From Octopus sinensis (taxonomy: Eukaryota): a DNA stretch of 64,000 nucleotides. Numbering within the stretch: position 1 is the stretch's first letter; the number at the start of each line of letters is the position of its first letter. The stretch covers positions 67,704,001 to 67,768,000 of the forward strand of contig NC_042998.1 of assembly GCF_006345805.1 (NCBI RefSeq), in the 5' to 3' direction. Both the position numbers and the translations under genes were made by a program. A model generated the notes under the pieces. The model had not been told where the DNA came from, did no database searches, and worked only from the letters and a program-made list of their open reading frames with translations. Positions 52,954 through 64,000 of this stretch are shown in pieces.

Positions 52954-53148
52954 CATAACGCCCGCGCACAAGCATGTATTATATAGGCATAAATCTGGCG
53001 GATAAATTGGATAGAACTCTGTTTATAGCTGTTGTGTGTTCGTTCTTGTGACTATAAATCAACATCAATAAATTCTGAATCAAGTATTAATTATCTTTCA
53101 GCAATGATGTATGAATATGTATCTATGTGTGTACACATGTAAGTGTAG

Positions 53149-53235
<87 letters not shown>

Positions 53236-55171
53236 GGTTTTCTACTGTATAAATGCATGTGTATGTGGTTATGCATGTGTGTTTAGTCAAACAACGCTCT
53301 GAAAGGGTGCATCCTTCAGAAAAGCAAATTTGGCTTTCGAAATCTGCGTCCCAAATACAATCGTTTATAAATAGTAATAAAAATATATAATTTGCTATAA
53401 GAAATAACTCAGATTCAGCTCGATAACTCTCCCACTCCCTGTCTATCATCATCAATCTCTATCTTTCTATACATTCACCATACTGTTAGTTACTCACACA
53501 CTTCGTATATGTATTAATTCTCAAGTATAGCTTTTACGTTAATAAAAACTTTGTCTTCTAATGTTTACTTTCATTTCATGATACACAGTTAACACACACA
53601 AAATGTTTAGCTTCAAAATCCTGCTTTTAATGCAGTAAAATGATTACAATTGAAACCTCTATAACATTTTATAGAAGTTTTCTGCACAGATTCAGCATGA
53701 AAAAGTACACCAATACACCAAATTTGAAAAAATTCGCTAAATTTTACATTTCAAAATCTTACAGCAACAGAAAATTTCCCTCTCTCTCTCTCCTCCTCCT
53801 CCTGCTATTTGTATATTTCATTCATTTTCTGATGGTAAACTTTCTCACTGTCTATAGAAGTATATGACTCATACTGTGTGTGTGTGTGTGTGTGTGTGTG
53901 AACCTACGTGTAAGGAATTTCATTAGGGATTTTAAAAAAGGTATGTAAAAGAAATTATTTTAATAACACATTTTTTGTTAGCAAACGCATTTTTCTCACA
54001 CACACATACACGCACACACACATACAAACACACACACAAATACACACATACATACACACACATACAAACACACACGCAAACACACACACACACACACGCA
54101 AACACACACACACACGGATTCGTTAGATGCAAGGTGGGATTAAAGGTTTAAATAAAAGGCTTAAATAAAATGTTTAAATAATTAAAAGTATAGAAAAAAT
54201 TCTCAGTATGGATCATTCCAGAAAATTTGTTTATGGGTAGAAAAATATTGAAAAATACCAATACATGCCAAAGAGACAGAGAAATGAAGAAGGTAACAAG
54301 TAGTCGTTGGATATGGAAGAAACCACAGCTAAATCCCCTTTAAATCATCTTTACAAATGAAAATTATTTTGAAATTATAATCAAATTGTAGATTCGGACT
54401 GTCTGTATTATAAAACTAAGATTAAAAAAAGAAATCGAAAAACAGCCGAAATTTTCAAATTTATAGAGTTGGGGATTAACAAAAACTTAAATATTCACTA
54501 TTGTTTTTATATAACATTTCATCGATTTCCAAAATTTTTGTTTTACCCCAAAGCTTCTTCTATTGTTTTTAAGTTTGTAGTACAAAAGAAAATAGATCAA
54601 AAACGATACTGACTGTAGGAGGAGATTTGGCAAAATTCATAAACTTCCAAAAATTTCTTTTCATAAAAAACTTCCCACCATCATTTGTGAGAGTTTGATC
54701 AAAATATTTATTTGAAAAATCTCTGTCAAATTTGAGAAAATCCAAATGATGTGAACGTGTTTTTCCAAAGGTTTGCTTAGGTATTCTACTAGGAAAATTA
54801 CCCGGAATCTCTTACAGAGATATTCTTGACTAGTTAGTTTGCTCGTTGCAAAATCAGTGACAGTATAGCACCTATTTTCTATATATTGCGAGCTAGAGTG
54901 AACTACTGCTATGTCTAGCCGACGAGTATCGTTAGCGACAATGACCATAAGATGATCGAAACCTTACGCACTGATGGTCTCGGGGCTAAAATAGTAGGGA
55001 CTTTTCTCGCCGCTCGCAATATATATATATCGAGTGCAGAGTATACTACATAACCAGCTGCGGAGGGGTTAAAATGGCAGTATCCTCGGTTGCTAGGGAG
55101 AAGCCCCACTTAGATAGCGTTAAACACTACTTGTCAGTATGAATACTGCTTCCATACACACACACATACAC

Positions 55172-55236
<65 letters not shown>

Positions 55237-56027
55237 ATACACACACATTCGTTATCTACATTCCAGTTTGTATTTTTGTTAGAAACCAACCCCTTCTTAA
55301 GCTAAACGTACTTACGTACATGTATATACAAAGATAGAAAGAAAGGAGACGCAATGAAATAGAGACATATGTTTTTAGAATGATAATACCTCATCTATAT
55401 TGTATATTTTCAATGATGTACCTGTCAAGAATGTACAATAATATCTGATTGCTCTCTCTAAGATTATTTCCCTGAACATAGTTCGTTCTTTCTTCCTATC
55501 TCTCTCTCTTTCTTTCTCTCTCTCTACCTCTTTTTCTTTATCTTTATCCCCCTCTTTCTGAAACTCTTTATGAATGACTATCCATGTATCTGTTCACTCT
55601 GGTTTATTTTACAAGTGTACGCGTGTTACTTCGCGTGCCAGTGTACACAAATGTGTATATGTATGTATTCGTTTATCAGTGTTCTTTAACTCTAGAACCT
55701 CCCTGATGCACCAGACGTATCTTTCACTGTCGTGTTTGGTTTTTCTGTTCAAATAAGATCTCTTTCAGTCAGACCTTTTAAGATCTCTTTAAGTAAGTCA
55801 TTATGGTATGTTGCTTAAAAGGTAACATTTGATTTCAGATATGCGAACTGTTTCAAACATACCAGACAACTATCAACTCTATAGAAGCAATATAACGTCC
55901 TGATTTTGTGTTTGTATGTCTGGATGGCTTAATTATAACAGAGTAATAAGGCATTTCTGATAATTCTGATAAAACTCTAAATATATCACAGGAACGAATC
56001 TTAAATAAATTAATCAAATCATGGAAC

Positions 56028-56235
56028 AAACCTACACAAAGTGGATGTAGGTGTTTCCAAATCAAAACTGGACCTTTTCCTGTCGAAAGTCCCAGATGAA
56101 CCTACCTCACAGTAAGAGGTGCAAATGAGGGTAGCGACATCAACCTCCATTCGGAGAGGTTGCTCCCAGTTATAACAGTGTAGCTAAACGGCGGTGCCCC
56201 AGCATGACCACAGCTCTGAACTGAAATTAAAGAAA
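56028..56235 (+). mobile_element. CR1-like LINE extreme 3' end
   Basis: LHKVDVGVSKSKLDLFLSKVPDEP motif then tail GGCGGTGCCCCAGCATGACCACAG. Confidence 0.8.
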
Positions 56236-56249
56236 CAATTAATATGTAT

Positions 56250-57090
56250 GTATATCGTAACCGTAAAATACGCCGTTACTCCCAGTGTGAGAGAGTATGT
56301 TTAGTGCAAGATTGTAATTTTACCCATCTCTCTGGGACTCGAAGTATCATGTTAAACAACACACCCAGCCATCACCAAAATCCACTCCAAAGATGGCCAC
56401 CCTGTTGCATCGGCATCGGTGCGTGCCTTTCCCACAATCTTGGTTACAAGCACACTCTCAACGTGGACACAAACACATGTAAAAACAAGAACAAAACTAA
56501 TGGCACGAATTACTCCAACAGCTCAGGAAACTGGAGAACATCCATTCCAAGCAGTAGAAGCAACCAATATAGCTGTGAATGTAAACACAACTTCAGCCAC
56601 TACGTTCCCCTTAACCAGGTTAATCCTCCTTTTTATCCATGCAGAACCTAGCCAAAAAGATCCAGAAGAGTATTTTGGTTATCACACAGAACCAACCTCT
56701 GCTGCTACCTCAGTGCAAAACCTATCCTTCTCAATATCATTAACGCATAAACCTCTGCCCAGGCCTCTAAAATAGTTTAACCAGGCCACTACTCCAGTCT
56801 CAACATTCTTATTGAATGTACAAGGCATCTTGCACAACCCACCATACAAAAAGATGGGAGATTCAATTCATTGAGGACTGGGTTACCTACCGCACTCATC
56901 CCATTCCCTTCTTCATCCTTGTGAAATCCACCTTCACAACTCCCACTTGGAAGCTGAAGTAAAAGTAACACATTTCCCCACAATCCGAGTAGACTGCATC
57001 GGTAGAAGAAAGAGAGGAGTCACCATTTTCCTGCATGACGCATTTACTGCAGAAACAAATGTCTCATTTTCCAATAGCTTTTATGAATCA
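56250..57090 (+). mobile_element. CR1-like LINE: ORF1 end and AP-endonuclease start, degenerate
   Basis: Cys/His stretch CERVCLVQDCNFTH; SLNILLLNVQG, CEIHL...EAEV, IRVDCIGRRKRGVTIF resemble APE motifs I-III. Confidence 0.75.
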
Positions 57091-57121
57091 GTATATTTCT
57101 TTACTGCCCACAAGGGGCTAC

Positions 57122-57159
<38 letters not shown>

Positions 57160-57889
57160 ATGTATATATATATATATATTATATATATATATATATAATA
57201 TATATATATATTATATATATATATATATGTATGTATGTATATATAGAGATGAATGTATATATATATATATACATGTATATATAAATATTTATATATGTAC
57301 ACACACATATATATATATATATGTGTGTGTATGCAAGCATTTGTCGTCGGGTTTTTTTTTGTATTTTGTCTTTGTTTTTTTTTTCTTAATTGTATATACA
57401 TATGTATGTATATAATTTAAGTCAATTTTATTGTCTTATCCATCTAATATACAAGCAAGCATCTGCAGAGTCATTGAACTCGGTTTAGGCTGCAATTTCA
57501 ATAAAAACAAACACAAAATCTAAACACAGTCATTTGTTTAGTTTTTCCATATTTGGTATCATTTTGTGAACAGTTCACCGCAATACAATTAACAGCTGGA
57601 TCAGAAAACAACAACTCAAGAATTGATTCTAATAATGAAAAGTTTATTAATGTTTACATTTTGCTAGAAGTAATATTAGGGTGGTAGGATAATGTCGAGA
57701 CATTAATCTCTTTTGTCGTTTAAATATTGATTTCTTGTGCTTCTTTCCTTATTTTCATTTATGTCTTAGTCGCTGTGGCACCATAGGGGTCAAGACTGAC
57801 CTATAATTCAAGCTCAACTTTGTTGTTATTACAAGATAGCATTCTTCTGAAATATATGTTTTTCTGTAAGAACCGGCAATAGGAAATAG

Positions 57890-57927
57890 CATAATCAAAA
57901 GTTCCAACATTCCAAAAGATCATAAAT

Positions 57928-57998
<71 letters not shown>

Positions 57999-58215
57999 AT
58001 ATATATATGTATACATATATATACATGTATATATATATATATATATATGTATACATATATATATACATGTATATATATACATATATATATACATATATAT
58101 ATATATACATATATGTATACATATATATATATATATATGTATCATATATATATATATATATATACATACATATATATATATACGTACATATATATATATA
58201 TATATATAAATTTAT
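57890..58215. repeat. (TA)n/(TACA)n compound microsatellite
   Basis: Direct reading. Confidence 0.95.
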
Positions 58216-58605
58216 ATATGAGGATAATATCGATATTTAAGTGTCGAAATTATCAAGTGACCAGCATGAAAGAAATACCTTACAAAGGTAAAAGAATTTT
58301 TTAACAATTAAAAATGAGGGTGTCTAAAAGACACCAACATGCCGAAATAGCAGTCGAAACACTGACTATAGTACCACGTTAAACGTTCATATCGCACCAT
58401 GAGGTAAAGCGGAGGGACAAAACATACAAGCAAAAATTATTGAATAATTCAAGATCCAAGGATCTCTGGTTCTGCTTTAGATAAGCTTTACCGTCATCAA
58501 TTGAATATATATATATGGATGCATTTTAGTAATTTCACTCGAAAAGTATTAGCCAACGTATGTTTCACTCAATAGAAATCATGTGTATAGAATTACACAC
58601 ACGCA

Positions 58606-58645
<40 letters not shown>

Positions 58646-58699
58646 GGGGCCCCTGATGTTTGTGGTGGCTCTCTCGGACATCCCATCAGTTACTGAGCA

Positions 58700-59460
58700 A
58701 CACTTACTAGCAATGTCGACAATACATAAATAGCATAAGGAAACAAGCGCCCACTCGATATCGATCTTCTGCAGGAAGGCTTAGATGCCATAAATGAATG
58801 GTTTGTAGAACAGAGTATAGAATTTTGTAGCTGGAAAATTTCAGGCCCTCCGTCATCAGCAATGTATGCTAACACGTCGCAACAAAATTCCTTTGGCCCC
58901 AAAAGAACGGCCATCCTAGAGTCACATACAATGCGTGACCTGAAGATTGGATTATTCTATAATTCTTCGTTTAATTTACATTACCAAGATCGTGGCAATA
59001 TTAAAGCGAATGACCGCTAGATAGTCTCTCAGAACTTTCAGAACGAAGAACCAGGAAATTATTTTGGTCCTGTGGTAGAGGTTTTTCCTCAGCCCCCTGG
59101 ACTACTGTTCTCTGAATACGGTCACCCCTACAGTGTAAATTTACTTACTGAATTCGAGGTAGTTCAGCGTTGTTTCACCAGGAAGGTTGCAGCAATGCAA
59201 CGGTTGAACTACTGGGAGAGAGTTAAAGGATTCGGGCCTTACTCCATGGAACGAAGAGGGGTGAAATATGCGGTGACATACATATTAAAGATACTAGAGG
59301 GGTGACCACCGAACTTTGATATCTAGGTTTATATCAGGTCCCGAAGAGGACAAAGACTTACAGCTATTCAATATTCTACCCAAAACCTTGAGAGATGTAT
59401 ATGAGGAAATGTTCTCAAGAGGCATCTCGCCGAATGACTCAAAGGCGGGCAGCAATATGA
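58700..59460 (+). mobile_element. CR1-like LINE RT C-terminal remnant
   Basis: LQEGLDAINEW, LRTFRTKNQEI, PLDYCS, EVVQRCFTRKVAAMQRLNYWERVK..YSMERR motifs; multiple frameshifts. Confidence 0.85.
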
Positions 59461-59574
59461 AAATCTGTGCTTCGCCAAAAGCTAATCACATAAGACTGGT
59501 GATGACACTGGTAGTTGGCAGTGCCCAAACACAGCTACGACCTCTGGGCTGCAACGCAAACACCCAGATAGAAA

Positions 59575-59575
59575 T

Positions 59576-59654
<79 letters not shown>

Positions 59655-59705
59655 TATAGATATACATACATACATACATACATACATACATACATACATA
59701 ATGCA
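59575..59705. repeat. (TAGA)n then (TACA)n microsatellite
   Basis: Direct reading. Confidence 0.95.
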
Positions 59706-60258
59706 TATATACATGCAGGCATGCATATACGTACGTACGTAGAATCTTATAATAATTGTGCATGTCATTGCGTTACATGGCCCGTCTACAAATCACCTTC
59801 ACGTGATTAGTGGAAGGAAAAGAGAGGGGAAAGAAAAAAAAGAGAAAGAAAAGAGATAAGGCGAAGAGTGAGAGAGAAAGAGGGAGAGAGTAAAAGAGCT
59901 TTCATGACGTTAGGTGGGGGAACATAATAATTATTACATGGTTAAAAATGTTAGTTGAAGTTAGAGTGAGTTCGAAATATAATTTTAGCAGAGGGATGAT
60001 GTTCTGATGGTGAAGTTAAAGAAAGGCAGAGAGTGGGGAGAGAGAAAGGAGGGAGAGAGAGGAAAGAGAGAGAATCATTTTCTTTTAGTGCCTTATTATT
60101 TAACATACTCACCGGTAAAGTGTCCACTCATTTACTTATTTGTTTTTCCTAAAATTTTCGTTGCAGATTGCAACCTTTTCAGTAGTCGTTGACCGTGTCT
60201 GTTATCCGATATTTGTTAACAAAAAATTATGCATTTCATTACGTTGTATACCCTACTG

Positions 60259-60637
60259 TGGAGGCGCAATGGCCCTGTGGTTAGGGCAGCGGACTCGCGG
60301 TCATAGGATCGCGGTTTCGATTCCCAGCATTGTGAGTGTTTATTGAGCGAAAACACCTAAAAGTTCCACGAGGCTCCGGCAGGGGATGGTGGTGATCCCT
60401 GCTGTACTCTTTCACCACAACTTTCTCTCACTCTTACTTCCTGTTTCTGTTGTACCTGTATTTCAAGGGGCCGGCCTTGTCACTCTCTGTGTCACACTGA
60501 ATATCCCCGAGAACTACGTTAAGGGTGCACGTGTCTGTGGAGTGCTCAGCCACTTACACGTTAATTTCACGAGCATGCTGTTCCGTTGATTCGGATCAAC
60601 CGGAACCCTCATCGTTTTAACCGACAGAGTGCTTCCA
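60259..60637 (+). mobile_element. tRNA-derived SINE family C, full length
   Basis: TGGCCCTGTGGTTAG A box, GGTTTCGATTCC B box; colinear with 43923-44303. Confidence 0.9.
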
Positions 60638-61409
60638 TCCATACCCTACTCCTCCATCTTATGATACAATACATATGTAGAAAACTATTTCATGTCTCGG
60701 TATAGAATAATAAGATTGCCTTAATACAGAAAGATGTAGCTCTGAAAAATAGATCTCTGTACAATTTCATGACAAATCTCAAAGGAAAATTGTGAAGTTC
60801 AATGCCTAACTACGCAGTCAATAATGAAAAGAGAATCGATGTTTCAATCTGCTACACTAAGTCTCCATAAATGTGTAGCTTTGTGCTAAAATACCGACTG
60901 AACATCATTATCATTACGTTTAAAGCGCAGTATGAGAAAAAATATATTTTAGTGTTTAGTTTTGTCTGTGTAATGTTTCAGATAAAAATCTAAGCTCTTG
61001 ATTGCAGTACGTTGAAACTTAATAGACTGCAGAGATGTGCGTGAAGGGAAATATGTATTAGTATATTGCAGAAACTAGAATCTTTTGGAGCTGATTGTTA
61101 AAATTCTTAGAGATAAAAAAAAGTCAATTCTGCCATAAGCAACAATAAATATTTCCCGAGTTCTGCCAGAGAGACTGTTTCCTTTTATTCTCACATTTCA
61201 TGATGAAAAAGGAAATAATAATAATAAAATGCTTAATGTGTCTGAATATTCTCTACTTACGCATATGCAACTTGGGGTTGAAAAAATATTTCATGAAGAT
61301 ATTTCTTCGCGCATTCGAACAATGATATTTGTAACCGATATGAATCCTACTGAACAAAAATATTTACCCAGTTCTGCAAATTCTGGTAGCATATAATTCA
61401 ATGGAATAG

Positions 61410-61620
61410 GGTGGCAAGCTGGCAGAATTGTTGGTATTCCGGGAAAAGGGCTCAGCAGCATTTCGTCCGTACTTACATTCTGACTCCAAATTCCACTGGC
61501 GTCGACTTAGCCATTCACCCTTTCGGGAGCCAATAAAATAAATACCGGTTGAGCACTAAGATCTACGTAATCGACTTACGCCCTCCCCCGAAATTGCTGG
61601 CCTTGTGCCAAAATTTGAAT
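61410..61620 (+). mobile_element. SINE family B, old copy
   Basis: GCTGGCAGAATTGTTG..CATTTCGTCC..CACCCTTTCGGG..GCTGGCCTTGTGCCAAAATTTGAA. Confidence 0.75.
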
Positions 61621-62020
61621 GGTATATATTTCAATGGAATTATAAACACTGTTCAATTAAGTATATTATCAAATCTGGTAAAATAATATGCAAAGTATTT
61701 GTAATACTGAGGAGGAAATAGATAAAGAAATTTTAGTATGAGATGAAAGGTATGTTATTAATTTTGAAATTTAAGAAATAAATGAATCATTTTGCAATAA
61801 ATTCTAATATTGTAACATTAGAAACAATTCGTTTATTGTTCAAAGTTTTGAACTCGCTGCATTCTGAATAAGATCTGATCAAATTCTTTTAGCAGTATCA
61901 AATGCTTAAGTTTATATTGGTATCACGTACATGTACTAAGCTGTCTGTATTGCTCTGTTTAAGATTGATATGTTGTATTTGACGTGATAATTCGTTTTCT
62001 GGACGAGTTATATATTTGTC

Positions 62021-62083
<63 letters not shown>

Positions 62084-63740
62084 ATTTGAATAAACCAGCA
62101 AAACCTTCGTTTTATCTTAATTTCTTCATTGTTCTTGGCGGACATGAAATCAGGACAACCACATTTGTTGTTGGTATAAACGGAACTTGAAGCTGCCTTC
62201 ACACAAACTGATTAATCTTTTGTTTTTCTATTTTCGTCTATGTCCTCATGTTGAGATTCAGCCTTATTTGTAAGGCATTTGCTTACGTACTTATGATTAA
62301 GAGAATAGTTTTCCTCCCTTCTCCATTTTCATTCGCTTTCCTTCGATATTGTGGCGGTTACCCTCACAGAATCGAATTTATATACTTTCAGCATTTTTTG
62401 AGCATCTATAACTAACATTGATTGATACTCTATTTCTAACAAATATCTTGATATATAATTTATTATATTCCTATCGAAATGCAAATTGAAACATTGTTTT
62501 AATTAAACTTTCTTGATTTATTTTTCTCTGGCTTTGCCATAGGAAGAGAAAATGATTCCATACCCTTTCCATGACCTCCATAACAAGTGGCAGGTGGAGA
62601 GGATGTGCTCCTTAGACTAGAGAATGAATGCTTCCTACAGGCTCTTTTCTCTCTAAGAACAAATAACGTCCAGATAATAATGTTAAACTGTACGACTAAT
62701 TAAATCTAAAAGAGAAGAAAAGAAATGGTTCCCACCTGCGACTCTCACGATTCCCTTACACAGCTTTCTCCACAAAGCATTAATCCAGTGGTTCTCCATT
62801 CTTTAACCCATTTGTTGTTTAGAAAATCCTATTATATTTCTATAATTGAATGTTATTAGTAATTGCATAGAATATCGTTACGATATTTCGTGTATTACAG
62901 AAGTATAACATGTTTATGGCACATAAATTTTAACAACGAAATCTTATATGGACCCATAAAAGTCATATAGACTGTGGTTGAGAACAACTGCTTTAATTAA
63001 ACCGAGTCTTTAGTAGAAGGGACAGGCTTAAGGTAAGGGCGGAACTCAAAACCATTTAACTATTTAGTACGGCTCTTTAAGGACAGAGCCATTCTTGTTT
63101 TGTGCTTTATGTAAATATTTGGCAATCAGTGTTACAGCTGATTCTGTGGGAGAATATCATATATCAATTAATTTTAGAAGATTAAAATATGTAGAGAATA
63201 TTGGAGAAAGTGCAACATCTATATGATGTATATGACATATTTACACAAACCCGCCCAAACAAATATGCGTGTGTATGTGTGTTTGCGTATGTGTGTGTAT
63301 GGATGTTTCGTTAAATAGATGACTATGCTCATATTTAATCATATTTATTTTAGATTTTTCCATATTATCTTATTAGCTTTTTACAATTGATTCGAATCAA
63401 TAGGCTTTCTAAATTCATATCCGGTGTTTCCAAACTCAAACATTTTCATTTTAAAGAATTTAATATATATGGCTTCTGAGTTCTCACAGAATTTAATACC
63501 AAAGATTTTCTAACCATCACACACACACACACATAGATATATAAGTGTGTGTGTGTGTGTGTACGATCATGCCGGGACGCCATCTTGAAAAAGTTTTAGA
63601 CGGATGAATCGAGCCCAGCAGTTATTTGATATGTGTGTGTTTGTGAGTGAGTATGAATGTATGTATGCTTGTATGTATGTATTTATTATGTGTGGGACAA
63701 AGGATAAAGATGTTTTCTTGGATTCCCTGACGTATATAAT

Positions 63741-63906
63741 TTGCCCCACTCTGGATGCGACGCTGGTCTATCACAGAGTCACTTATTTCTGCCGGCTGAG
63801 TCAATTGAATTATTCCGCACAAGCTCACAATGCACTGTACAGTCCAGGAATCGAAATCACAATATTACGACCATGAGTCCAACGCACAGACTCCTAAGCC
63901 ATACGC

Positions 63907-63909
<3 letters not shown>
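63741..63909 (-). mobile_element. tRNA-derived SINE, old copy
   Basis: Minus strand AAGGCGTATGGCTTAGGAG A-box-like and GATTTCGATTCC B box. Confidence 0.7.
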
Positions 63910-63940
<31 letters not shown>

Positions 63941-64000
63941 GAGCAAAACACCCCACTTCCAATGGAGTTGTCAAACATTTAAACCAAATTTTCTCAAACA

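Noticed and set aside
54660-55110. 95-aa and 64-aa minus-strand ORFs and a TTAA-CCC piggyBac-like end at about 55070
   Set aside because: No recognisable domain and no matching second terminus found.

Overview
AT-rich eukaryotic non-coding DNA, saturated with (TA)n/(TG)n/(TAA)n/(TAGA)n microsatellites and retroposons. The tRNA-headed SINE families resemble octopus SINEs, so the source is most likely an Octopus genome (inference from recalled repeat families, not a database search). No host protein-coding gene, rRNA, true tRNA or CRISPR array can be supported; nearly all ORFs in the track are microsatellite or repeat artefacts. Recognisable coding remnants are all dead retrotransposons: two Penelope-like GIY-YIG 3' ends, Tx1/L1, RTE-like, R4/Dong-like and several CR1-like pieces. 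Two TA-flanked Tc1/mariner-type MITEs are also present. The main unexpected signal is about a dozen small type I hammerhead ribozyme (HHR) motifs in about eight unrelated sequence contexts. They have self-complementary stem III segments (dimer-type), include unusual core variants (U3-A8, CUGUUGA, CCGAAGA), and nearly all lie in short elements that end 3' in a (TA)n tract. One forms a 438-bp partial tandem with a terminal fold-back, as expected for Penelope pseudo-LTRs or retrozyme-like elements. All folds were assigned by eye and none is experimentally tested.
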